In this document: one piece after another, positions 21,815 through 32,885 of the stretch
How the letters are laid out: each line of letters begins with the position of its first letter
Numbering within the stretch: the stretch's first letter is position 1
NCBI GenBank assembly: GCA_030704615.1
Contig: CM060734.1
Span: 14,508,001 to 14,572,000 of the forward strand
Source of the DNA: Takakia lepidozioides
Lineage: Eukaryota; Plantae; Bryophyta
Length of the DNA stretch: 64,000 bases
Direction: 5' to 3'
Made by a program: the position numbers and the translations under genes
Notes under the pieces: generated by a model
Told to the model about the DNA's origin: nothing
Seen by the model: only the letters and a program-made list of their open reading frames with translations
The model's database searches: none

Positions 21815-24680
21815 CGATGGAATTCCGGCGCCGGATTTCCATCCTGCAGGTAATTCGGAGCGCAGCAGGATGGATATCCGGCGCCGAATTTCCATCCGCG
21901 GAGGAAGGGCGGCGGTGGAAATTTCCCTCACGCAGGTAATTCGGAAGCCCGCGGATGGAAATCCGGCGCCGAATTTCCATCCGCGGAGGTAGGGCGGCGC
22001 TGGAAATTTCCCTCACGCAGGTAATTCGGAAGCCCGGATGGAAATCCGGCGCCGAATTTCCATCCGCGGAGGTAGGGCGGCGCTGGAAATTTCCCTCACG
22101 CAGGTAATTCGGAAGCGCGCGGATGGAAATCCGGCGCCGAATTTCCATCCGCGGAGGTAGGGCGGCGCTGGAAATTTCCCTCACGCAGGTAATTCGGAAG
22201 CGCGCGGATGGAAATCCGGCGCCGAATTTCCATCCGCGCAGGTAGGGCGGTGCGCCAAATTTCCCTCACGCAGGTAATTCGGAAGCCCGCGGATGGAAAT
22301 CCGGCGCCAAATTTCCATCCGCGGAGGTAGGGCGGCGCTGGAAATTTCCCTCACGCAGGTAATTCGGAAGCGCGCGGATGGAAATCCGGCGCCGAATTTC
22401 CATCCGCGGAGGTAGGGCGGCGCTGGAAATTTCCCTCACGCAGGTAATTCGGAAGCGCGCGGATGGAAATCCGGCGCCGAATTTCCATCCGCGCAGGTAG
22501 GGCGGCGCTGGAAATTTCCCTCACGCAGGTAATTCGGAAGCGCGCGGATGGAATCCGGCGCCGAATTTCCATCCGCGCAGGTGGCGGTGCGCCAATTTCC
22601 CTCACGCAGGTAATTCGGAAGCCCGAAGATGGAAATCCGGCGCCGAATTTCCATCCGCGGAGGTAGGGCGGCGCTGGAAATTTCCCTCACGCAGGTAATT
22701 CGGAAGCGCGCGGATGGAAATCCGGCGCCGAATTTCCATCCGCAGGTAGGCGGTGCGCCAATTTCCCTCAAGCAGGTAATTCGGCGCCGAATTTCCATCC
22801 AGCAGGTAAGTGGAATCTCGGATGGATGGAGATTCGGCGCCGAATTTCCATCCTGCAGGTAATTCGAATACCGGATGAATGGAAATTCGGCGCCGAATTT
22901 CCATCCAGCAGGTAAGTCGGATCGGTGCCGTATGGATATTCGGCGCCGATTTCCATTCGCCATGTATACTGCGCGAGGAATTACCTTCGTGCAGGTAATT
23001 CCCATATAAGAATTACCTTCGTGCAGGTAATTCCCAGATGAGAATTACCTTCGTGTAGGTAATTATGGACGAGGAATTAACATCGATGGAAGGTAATTCT
23101 CATCTGGGAATTACCTGCAGGAAGGTAATTCTTATATGGGAATTACCTGCACGAAGGTATTCCTCGCACAGAAATACATGGCGAATGGAAATTCGGCGCC
23201 GAATATCCATACGGCACCGATCGGACTTACCTGCTGGATGGAAATTCGGCGCCGAATTTCCATCCAGCAGGGATTCGAATTACCTGCAGGATGGAAATTC
23301 GTCGCCGAATTTCCATTTATGCGGATTCGACTTACCTGCTGGATGGAAATTCGGCGCCGAATTTCCATTCATCCGGGATTCGAATTACCTGCAGGATTGA
23401 AATTCGGCGCCGAATCTCCATCCATCCGGATTCGAATTACCTGCAGGATTGAAATTCGGCGCGATCTCCATCCATCCGGGATTCACTTACCTGCTGGATG
23501 GAAATTCGGCGCCGAATTTCCATTCATCCGGTATTCGAATTACCTGCAGGATGGAAATGCGGCGCCGAATCTCCATCCATCCGAGATTCCACTTATCTGC
23601 TGGATGGAAATTCGGCGCCGAATCTCCATCCATCCGGGATTCCACTTACCTGCTGGATGGAAATTCGGCGCCGAATTTCCATTCATCCGGTTTCGAATTA
23701 CCTGCAGGATGGAAATGCGGCGCCGAATCTCCATCCATCCGAGATTCCACTTATCTGCTGGATGGAAATTCGGCGCCGAATCTCCATCCATCCGGGATTC
23801 CACTTACCTGCTGGATGGAAATTCGGCGCCGAATTTCCATCCGGGGGATGGTCTCTGTCGGAGAGGTGCCGCCTCTCCGCCGCTCTGTTGGATATTCGGT
23901 GCCGAATTTCCGTCCCGGGGTTGAAATATGACGGCCAGGTGCCGACCTCTCCCTTCTCCCCGACTGCATTGGAACGGCCTCGAATTGAAATTCGGCGCCG
24001 TTTTCCCATCTGTGGAGGTTTTTATGTCGGCCAGTTTTCGGTCTGACCCCCCGACAAGACTTCCTTTGGGGGGCCCGGATGGAAATTCGGCGCCGAATCT
24101 CCGTCCAGGGGATGTTCTCTGTCGCACACTCGCCGGCCTCTGCGCCCGAGGCGACTTCATCCGGGCGTCCCCTGTTCGATATTCGGTGCCGAATTTCCGT
24201 CCGGGGGTTGAAATGTGACGGCCAAGTGCAGGCCACTCCCCCCTCCCCGACTGCATCCGAACCGCCCCGGATGGAAATTCAGCGCCGTTTTTCCATCTGG
24301 GGATGTTTTTATGCCGTCCAGTTTTCGGCCTGACCCCCCGACACGACTCCCTTTGGGGGGCCCGGATGGAAATTCGGCGCCGAATCTCCATCCAGGGGAT
24401 GTTCTCTGTCGCACACACTCCGGCCTCTGCGCCCGAGTCGACTTCATCCGGGCTTCCTCTGTTGGAAATTCGGCGCCGTTTTTGCATCCGCGGAGGTTTT
24501 TATGTCGGCCAGTTTTCGACCTGACCCCCCGACAGGACTTCCTTTGGGGGGATCCGAATGGAAATTCGGCGCTGAATTTCCATCCGGGGATGTTCTCTGT
24601 CGGACAGGTGCCGGCATCTCTGCCCCAGACGACTTCATCCGTGCGGCCCCTGTTGGATATTGGGTGCCGAATTTCCATTC
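21815..24680. repeat. Compound intergenic array of the palindrome GGAAATTCGGCGCCGAATTTCC with a central inverted repeat
   Basis: About 11 85-bp units (21870-22780), ~270-bp inverted arms around a 36-bp spacer (23053-23088), ~53-bp units (23235-23840) and ~288-bp units (23890-24680). Confidence 0.95.
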
Positions 24681-24981
24681 GGGGGTAGTAATGTGACGGC
24701 ACGGTGCCGGCTTCTCCCCTTCAGCCGACATCATCCGGACGGCCCCCCACTTTCTGACTGCATACCGTTGGCAGTTATTGCGCAAAGACCAGGGGCCGCA
24801 TTCCGGAGACAAGGTTCATTAACACTCTGACTGTGGATTTTTGAGATAGTTGGCTCCCTGGATTTGGATCAGGCTTCGTCGCTCGGACAAATCGGCACCG
24901 CATTCCTTCCCATCGCTGCATCCCCCTTCTACCAGGGAGCTTCCCCGCACGCCATCCTGGCAGTCTTGTGTGCACATCTCC

Positions 24982-27900
24982 ATGGCGGAAAACCCGAGCG
25001 CTACAGTGTACTGCCCTCCTCACGAGCATAGAGCTTCATTTCCGTGCAGAGGGGACATCTGCCGGGTGATGGAGAAATATCTGTGCGTTCGATACCACCT
25101 GAAACCGGGGTCGGTTTTTTTGGAGGAGGAAAGGAAGGACTCAAACGGCCTTGTTGTCGAGAGTATTGTTGTGCTCCACGATGATTTCGGCGATGGCAGG
25201 GAATGGCGAGTTCCACCATCGGACAGCGTCATATACAGGGCTGTTGGGGACTTCATTTGCCCGCCAAATGCACCTTCTATCCTGGCGCCTTCCACGAAAC
25301 AATCCGCGAATCAGAGAGTGGCTACCTCAAAGAGAGAAGTCCGCAACGAAGTAAATCCAGAGCCGAACCCATCCATGAAGACGAGCGAGAACCGGGTTGT
25401 TCACAACCTGTCCGACTCAGACGAGGTCATGGAAGTTCCGAGGTCGTCCTGGAGATCAGGCAAGTCCTCAATGGACGTCAGTGGAGGAGGGAGTCATATT
25501 CCCAGCACGAGCACCGCAGTTCGATCTATTCTTGAAATTCTGCGAGGGCTTCACCTGGAGGGACACCGGTCGGAGCTGGCCGGGCTGGACTACAGCAAGT
25601 TCGCAATTAAATCGGTTACATGCCTTCCCGCCGACGTCGACGGTAATATCTTCTTTGAGTTCCCTCCTCGGGCGGACTACTCGAGGGCGTCCGGAATGTT
25701 GACAGATATGGATAGAAAACATGACGGTCATCCTTGGTGCGTTACCAAAACCACCAGCATGAAGATGCTTGATGGTGTGCGGGTGCGCTACGTTGTTTGT
25801 GCGGGCGCGTTGCGGTGTTTCTCCCCAACTTGCTTCCACTTTAAATCCAGAGGTCACAGGAACGAGACCGATTGGACAGGCACAGCTCATCAACCATTTC
25901 GAGCTCAGGAGAAGGTTCCGAACTCCACATTTAAGTGTGCGCATTGCAAAGAACCACCACACTGCATGTCTGTTTGTAATGCCAAGCAGTTCTATGTGTT
26001 GCACCGTTTCCCTGACCTCACCCGAGCTTGCATACACGTTGGTTCCCATTGTCACAAATTGGCGAGGGGGAACTCGCGGGAGGCTGCCCACGAAGCAGAG
26101 CAGCTCGTTCAGGAGGAGGTTAAGTTGAGACCGGGTGCCAAACCCAAACAGATACAGCTCCAAGCCGCCCATAAGATGGCATTGGCCAGAATTATGTCGG
26201 AAGACGGCTCCGATAGAGTTCCTCTCGACGAGAAGGAAATGGAGGCATTGCTGGAGTCGGTGTCCCACGTATGTTCACCGAATGTCCGAAACCACATTGT
26301 CTCATGCAAACAGAAAATTGGGCGTGGCTCGGATATGCACTCCATTCTGGAGGTGAAGCGACGATGTGGATATGACTACATTCATGGAAGTAGGTTTCCA
26401 GGACAAGGGACTGAGGCAGATCGTTGTTTCGTATTCAAAATGTCCACGTGTGGACCTGGCAGTGGCGTCGAACTGGTCGACAGGATGACGAGTGGGAACT
26501 TGTCAAACAGTTGGGTCATGTTCGACCATATCAAGCGAATTACAAATCACCAGTGGGTGACAATGGGTGCACATGTCTACGACACCCACTGCAGGATGCT
26601 AATGACAATTGCTATTTGTGAGATGAAAGGAGAGGACACACAATCGGAGATGCTTCTTTGGCAGGGAATAAACGAACAGATGGCCAAGGCGGGATTGCCC
26701 CCTCCCAATTTCCGTGGTTTCATGGCGGACAACGCACAAGCAAATTGGGCTGCCATCCGAAGGGTGTACGGGCAAGACCCCAATGTTCCCATGGAAGGCA
26801 AGGAGAGATCTTGTGGGTTCCATTTTCTGCAGAGCCTTTCGCAGTACACAACCAGGCTCGTGGCGCCAGATTTCAGAGAGGAGCACCGTTCCATGTGCCT
26901 TGCGTGGAAGCGCGCTCCCACCTTGGATGATGCAGAGACACAGTTTGCATGCATACGGGCTTGGTGGACATCGTCAGGTGCTGTAAGGAAATCAGACGAA
27001 GGAGCAATGGTCAGTTGGCTAGCATGGTGGCATTATCGTTTCCTCCAGTTCGGCGACTATATGCGGGAGGTGAGTTGCACGAATTCGCGTCCCGTTGGAT
27101 ATTATTCTTGGCCATATTTGTAACTTGCTTGTAACCTCAACATGTGCTTGTGCAGGAAATGTGTCTCGACTCCGACACCGACATGCCCACGACAAACATG
27201 GCCGAATCAGTGCACTCTTCCTGGCGTGCCTCCTCTGCGGCGCATCTGGTGGACATCCTCACTGCCACAACGGAGGACATTGTGAGGTCAATTATGCAGC
27301 AATGCAGGTACAACGAGTTCTTGAAAGGGAAACAGTGGGGCTTGGGGCCGGACAGGCAGGAAATGCTGATGCGGACTGCCTCCAGATCGAAGAATCCTCG
27401 GAAGTGGGCGGCGGCCTTGCGAGAGGGCCTTCGGGACACGCCATTGCTGCGAAGAGGCCAACATTTGGAAGGAGATGTTCATACCCGTCCAGTGAGACGA
27501 AGACTTGACGAGGCACCTGGCGGAGAAGAGGATTCATGGCGAGCTGACAAGAATATTCGCACGCTCCCTCGTGGTCCGGTGATGTTGTCCGAGGAGGTCT
27601 CGTCGAGCACCGGAAGTCCTGCACGTTCAAGATCGCCATCTCCTTTGAGCACAGGGCGCGTGCCCCGGCAACATAACGAGCCATCTGTAGTAAAGCAATA
27701 CAACATTCCCATTGTGGAGACAAGAGTGTCGGAGTCACAGTGGAGAATTGCGAGGACATTGCCGGCATTTCGAGGGAAGTGTTGCGCCATCCGGGTGGAT
27801 ACGAGAGCACGCTGTGGTGAGATGATTCGGAGGAACCCACACGGTGCTGTACCTGCACCTTGTTTCAGCGGCAGATTTTTGACTCCCACATTTGCTCACG

Positions 27901-28574
27901 CCACAACGCAGACATTTTGGTTCTGTAGGCACGACATAATGACCTGTGTATTTGGCAAGCCCAAGTACGGGATTCAGGGAATGCCGGAGCCTCCGGGCGT
28001 CTGGCCTGTTGCACCGGGTTGCAGCCTCTCTCAGAATGAGGCGGATGCTCTATCTGCAGCAGGATTTCGAATGGTGCAACGCACAGACATCCCGGCCCAC
28101 GCATTTCCGGTTCCTCAGACCCAGCCATTGCAGACTGCTCGGTCCAGTAGAGACGGATTGGACAATTCTGCACATCCCACAATGCGATTCGGAAGAGTGA
28201 AGAGACGACACCCTCCCAACAAGTTGAATGAGACTCGGATTGCCAATGCTCTTGGGATGGCTTGCACTATTCAGAGCTCCGTGGACGTACCCCCACCCGG
28301 CCTTGGGCGTGTGTATCGGATGGCAACGGCCGGCTCGGCTGTACGCGACGATGTATACACAATTACGATTGGAGTGGAGCCGACTTGCAACTGTACGGAC
28401 TTCTCGTTGATGGAAGCAAAGAAGGGTTCGAAGTATTATCCGTGCAAGCATCTGTATTACATTTACCTGAAGAGGTTGAGGATGAACGTGACTATTGATG
28501 ACTTTATTCATGCACCGGCGTTGAGCGTGAACGAGCTGCACAAACTCCTCCTTAGGGATTCCAGAAATCATTGA
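24982..28574 (+). CDS. Mutator-family DDE transposase with N-terminal GCM/WRKY-like Zn domain and C-terminal SWIM finger (~1,168 aa, two exons)
   Basis: Exons 24982-27069 and 27156-28574 joined by a phase-0 GT-AG intron. WVMFDH (D1), FMADN (D2), CGFH, TTNMAESVH (E), SWIM CNCTDF...CKHLYY. No stops or frameshifts; the start codon is a best guess. Confidence 0.9.
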
Positions 28575-28719
28575 TGGGGCAAACGGAATCCTCCATATGG
28601 ATATTTTCAAATGCATTTTGCTGTATCAGACTTTTTTTTTAATGAAATGCACCCCAAAACTCCTGGAATGAGGCAATATTCCATTCAAACTGAGATCCAA
28701 CAGAAGCAGTTGTGGGGCC

Positions 28720-29010
28720 ATTTCTGGAAAAATGGCGCCGAATTTCTCTTTTTGGGGCCGAAAACTGGCTAAGTCCCAACATGCACTGGTACCGTGTCTG
28801 GAAAAATGGCGCCGAATTTCTCTTTTTTGGGCCGAAAACTGGCTAAGTCCGAACATGCACTGGAAAAATGGCGCCGAATTACCTGTCATGAGGGGACCTA
28901 TAGCCGCGGAATTCGGCACCATTTTTCGCCAGAGAGACCTATTGCCGCGAAATACGTCGTCGTTTTTTCAGGTTACGGACCCTATTACCGCGAAATTCGG
29001 CGCCATATTT
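28720..29010. repeat. Subterminal cluster of the AAATGGCGCCGAATTT motif
   Basis: Five copies, two followed by CCGAAAACTGGCTAAGTCC as in the intronic 95-bp unit. Confidence 0.85.
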
Positions 29011-29199
29011 GCACATGTCGCTGGGAATTGGCATGAGCGGAAGACGAAATATCATGAGCACAACTGTCAAAAGTGCAATTTTCCCTTCAAGGGGCCGAAT
29101 AATATATTTGTTTTTTCTGATACATTGCATTAAATTATTGTTTTTTATTGTTTTTTATTTTCGAAATTTGTACTTCTGCTCATGAAAACCGATTGTGTT

Positions 29200-29262
29200 A
29201 CTCATGCCGCTCATGCCGCTCATGCCGGTCATGCCGCTCATGCTCATGAAATAGCAAACCTC
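29200..29262 (-). repeat. Right TIR with CTCATGCCG sub-repeats
   Basis: CTCATGCCGCTCATGCCGCTCATGCCGGTCATGCCGCTCATGCTCATGAAATAGCAAACCTC followed by the TSD. Confidence 0.88.
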
Positions 29263-30317
29263 GAAACTAATTCTCACACCGAATTCTTATCTTTTTCATT
29301 TGTGCGCATTCTCACCATCTCATATAATTATGGTTCTTCAACTCTTATACACAGAATCACATTCTCATTCCATCACTCCATTCTTCACCCATACACAAAG
29401 TGAATTGCACTTCCTTTTTCTCCTTCTTCTCTTCTATTCATAAATCACAACATTGCAAGAACGCAATACTAAATCTACCATTGCAGAATAACTCTATAGT
29501 CTATCTCCTACTCACTCTACTCTCCCTACTACGGTCACGGCTCTCTGGCTCAACTGACCCTGTCTACTTCTCATAAACGCAATATATAGCAGAGCGCTCC
29601 AACAACTGTAATAACCGCTCAAACTCCTTCATCCATCATTTACAATTATTCATCCATTTCTTCTATCATTCAGTCCAGGATAGACTATCGGCTGCATACA
29701 AGATATCAAAGAACACTACTCTATCGCAGCAATATCGAAGGTATCGCAGAATATATTGATGAAAAAGATATTAAAAAGTTCTAAAAATTGTCACTAAGTC
29801 AGAAATTCCTATTATTCTACATAGCCCCACTCCTAATTGTGTAGCGCCCTCGCAAACACTAAATCTTCTGCAACTAATTCCTTGGCCTCTTTTCCCGTCT
29901 CCCCTCTGGTTCATGCGATCGACGATGGTCACGCTCATCACCCTCCTTTTGGAACTGCTTGAACACCATATAGGGGTGGTATCGCGAAGGCCCCCAATCA
30001 TCATACACAGCGGAATCTGCACACTGAAGAAATCCGGTCAAACACATCAATTCTAACACCCTCATTTCCCTAGCCGGGTGATGCAATAACTTGGCCACCA
30101 TCCCAAATTCTTGTCCTCCCAACATTGGCCTGTTAACATCAACAACAATATGATAGTAGTGACCACTTAGCCAAAACCCCGCAAAAGATGGCTGCCATAA
30201 AACACAAAGGATCAAAATGATTCGCATGCAGCCCCTGGAACGCTTTATAGGCTGTCTCGCAATTGTCCGCAGTGCTGAACTCTCCCGGAATCAATGGCCA
30301 ATTATAAGGTAATGACG

Positions 30318-31220
30318 TTAGATGCTCCGTGGCCATGGTCCATTGATTGGTGTCAATCGAGTGCCCATCTTCAAAATCGATTCTCCCGTTGTAGTATGGC
30401 CATAGTCCTGCCACATCCATAACAACACGTCCCAATATGGCAGCACCTTATCGTTAGAATCCGCATAGACCTTCTCCGGCCGGCCCAAAAACTCTGAGTA
30501 CTCCCAGTTAGTAGGAAAGTGACATCGTTCGAATATCGCGAACCCCACCTGAGAGACTTGAGTAGCACTAGGTTGATTGATGTACAAATCCTCCATCCAT
30601 TTGGCGGTCAGTAACTCCGGCCAGGTTTTTGCCTCCATCCCCCTGCTTACCCTTTGCTGAATTGCAGTCTGCGTCCAGACATAAGCATATCCATGTAAAC
30701 ACTCCGGAACCACTCTATACCTGCGATGAGCTCTCTCCAACATTGTATGAAACTGGGTCTCGTCCAACACTTGAGCCACCAGATGTTGCACCATATCTAG
30801 ATACCTTGGCAACAATATGTCATCTAGCCTTGGGATAGTAGAGAGAAAACCACAAGCATGTACTCGATTCCACTGCCTATTACGGAGGTGAGGTCGTCGA
30901 AATGCTTCCAGTCTATCTTCCAATTGTTTATAATTCAAAAAACAGCGACTGGCAGGAAATCCAACAGTAAACAAAAACTGCTCTGGGTGGGCGACTGCCA
31001 CATCTCCCCTAACCACCATCTCCACGGCCAAATTCTCCATGCGATAGTTGCACAGGTCTTCCCACTCTTCCTCCAAATCAATCGGCTCATCTCCGCCATT
31101 GAAAAGCAATTTCAAAAGAGTACTGTCATACAAGTATCCTTGACTAAGGCTCTGAGCATAGCACACCTCATGCCATCCCTGCAAAACACTGAGTCCAACC
31201 ATTTCTACAGGTCTTATCAT
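30318..31220 (-). CDS. Unknown retroelement-associated ORF (300 aa, probably continuing through frameshifts to ~29770)
   Basis: Long ORF of globular composition on the pol strand with overlapping downstream ORFs; no motif recognised. Confidence 0.45.
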   Translation of the reverse strand: MIRPVEMVGLSVLQGWHEVCYAQSLSQGYLYDSTLLKLLFNGGDEPIDLEEEWEDLCNYRMENLAVEMVVRGDVAVAHPEQFLFTVGFPASRCFLNYKQLEDRLEAFRRPHLRNRQWNRVHACGFLSTIPRLDDILLPRYLDMVQHLVAQVLDETQFHTMLERAHRRYRVVPECLHGYAYVWTQTAIQQRVSRGMEAKTWPELLTAKWMEDLYINQPSATQVSQVGFAIFERCHFPTNWEYSEFLGRPEKVYADSNDKVLPYWDVLLWMWQDYGHTTTGESILKMGTRLTPINGPWPRSI

Positions 31221-31406
31221 CTTTCTAAATTGTTCTAACTCTCACATTTGTGCCTTCATGGTCTGTTCCATCACATTCATCTCCCCTTCCTGCTCAATGC
31301 GATAAGAAACAAATTCCTGCTGCAAGGCTACATATCGTTCCTCAGGATTGTTTATGGTTGCAGGTTGTTTCCCCATCTCTGCTACTTGCTTGGTAATCTC
31401 CGCCAA

Positions 31407-32534
31407 TTATCTCTCCAATTCATTAACACGAGCCTCTTTTGACTTCATCTGCTCTGTCTGTGGGGCAATCACTGCATCCTTCTCAACAATAGCCTGCTGA
31501 TGACGAGCCTCTTTCATCTTCCACTGATCCTGGAGTTTGTGGAGTTCCTTTGCATCTGCTTCCATTTTCTTCTTCGCATCATCCCACGCAAGCTGCAACT
31601 GTTGATTCCTTGATAAGGTGGCAGTATGAACAATCCTCAATTCGGCCAATTCTTTCTGCAAATCCTCATGATCCAGGGCTTCTGCTGCTACCATTTGCAA
31701 TCCCTCAACCAAATCACGGAACTTCGTTGCAAAAGACGATTGACTGCTTGCATTTTTGCCTCCCGACTCTACCAATGAAACAGTGGTATTGGCAGTCACC
31801 AATGTTGAGGCCCTTTCATTCGCCCTGCTTGACTCTGGTCTATCAATAGTCTCAGTAACATTCGTATTGACAGGAGGTGGCACCCTCAATCGATGTTGCA
31901 AAATCATAGACAAATAGGTTGCACAAAACAGAGTGTCGGTCTTACCAGCCTTTCTCTTTGATACTATCTCCTCATTGATCTTTCTACACACAAATCCCAC
32001 CCAATCGATTTGCAGGCCCATGAATGTCGCTACCACCGAATTAAGTTGTGATGACGCGACATAAGTAGCAGTCTTCTTCAGGGCTAACCGGCTTACTGCA
32101 AATTTCATCCACTCCATCATTTCAGGCTTTTCTGCTTTGGCAATTGCCCAACCTCCCGTTCGATTGAAAGCACTCTCCTTGAAATGGCTTGTAGGAACAA
32201 AAGCCTCATCTTTAAAACCATCAATTTCAATCCCTGCTGAGGGTAATAGCAAGACTTCTGTAACAGTGCGGGCATCAACAACTATCGTCGTGCCCTTCAC
32301 TATTCCACTCTTTGAGCCAGGATCATAGGAATTGTAAAACTGCATAACTAGTGACATGCTAGGCTTCGGCAGACCCTTCAAACAAAGAATCAAAAACTCC
32401 AACATTTGTGCCTGTCTCCACAACGCTTTTTGCTCACAGTCACCCAAAATCATAGCAATGTCACAACTCCGTAATTCTTCTGCCATCATAGAAACTGGCG
32501 GTGACAATGGTTGCTGCACAACTTTCTTCACCAT
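31407..32534 (-). CDS. Athila ORF/Transposase_32-like plant transposon protein with a coiled-coil tail
   Basis: LVMQFYNSYD...VKGTTIVVDARTVTEVLLLP...IDWVGFV; similar to the 55500-56190 region of the other gypsy element. Confidence 0.6.
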   Translation of the reverse strand: MVKKVVQQPLSPPVSMMAEELRSCDIAMILGDCEQKALWRQAQMLEFLILCLKGLPKPSMSLVMQFYNSYDPGSKSGIVKGTTIVVDARTVTEVLLLPSAGIEIDGFKDEAFVPTSHFKESAFNRTGGWAIAKAEKPEMMEWMKFAVSRLALKKTATYVASSQLNSVVATFMGLQIDWVGFVCRKINEEIVSKRKAGKTDTLFCATYLSMILQHRLRVPPPVNTNVTETIDRPESSRANERASTLVTANTTVSLVESGGKNASSQSSFATKFRDLVEGLQMVAAEALDHEDLQKELAELRIVHTATLSRNQQLQLAWDDAKKKMEADAKELHKLQDQWKMKEARHQQAIVEKDAVIAPQTEQMKSKEARVNELER

Positions 32535-32885
32535 CTTGACGGATTGACTGGGAACACTAATCCACAACACTCACTGCACTCAATACTCTCTGTCGCACAG
32601 TACACTCACTTCTCACTGTGACAGACTATGCGAAATGCAAGAACAATGGCAGATAGTAAAGATGGCAAGAAGGATGGCAAGAAGGGTCCCACTCCTATCT
32701 ATCGCTAAGGATAACTTGACCTAACAGCTGGCAAATACGGATTCAATCATTAAAACCTAACCGCCACCCCAATCTATCGGTCGTAACAGATTGTAACAGC
32801 CGACGGCGTTTAATACACTCATAATGACACTACTGACAATATTGACACCCCCTCCCACTTAACCTAAATTCTGCCCTCATAAACA

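Larger units (their letters stand above)
14808..29262 (+). mobile_element. Complete 14,455-bp Mutator-like (MULE) DNA transposon with a divergent ParB-methyltransferase gene
   Basis: Left end GGGGGCTGCTATTTCATGAGC; right end reverse complement GAGGTTTGCTATTTCATGAGC. Direct repeat GAAACTAA at 14800-14807 and 29263-29270. Removing the element rejoins an ELVSGLPREISI F-box-like motif. Confidence 0.92.

Noticed and set aside
21815-24680. CRISPR-like appearance of regularly spaced palindromes (also 1-880 and 17406-18295)
   Set aside because: Inter-repeat sequences are themselves repeated rather than unique spacers, there are no cas genes, and the context is eukaryotic.
21642-24812. Many ORFs with MEIRRRISI / WKFGAEF / GNSAPNFH repeats
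   Set aside because: Translations of the palindromic array appearing on both strands and in all frames; no independent coding evidence.
25468-26268. 266-aa and other antisense ORFs overlapping the transposase, gag and PEX22
   Set aside because: Shadow frames of GC-rich coding sequence with no recognisable motifs.
24982-28574. Classification as hAT (8-bp TSD), KDZ/Zisupton, or a domesticated FAR1/MUSTANG host gene
   Set aside because: The D...FMAD...CxFH...TN..ES core and SWIM finger fit Mutator; TIRs, TSD and multiple decayed copies indicate a transposon. A formal phylogeny is still needed.
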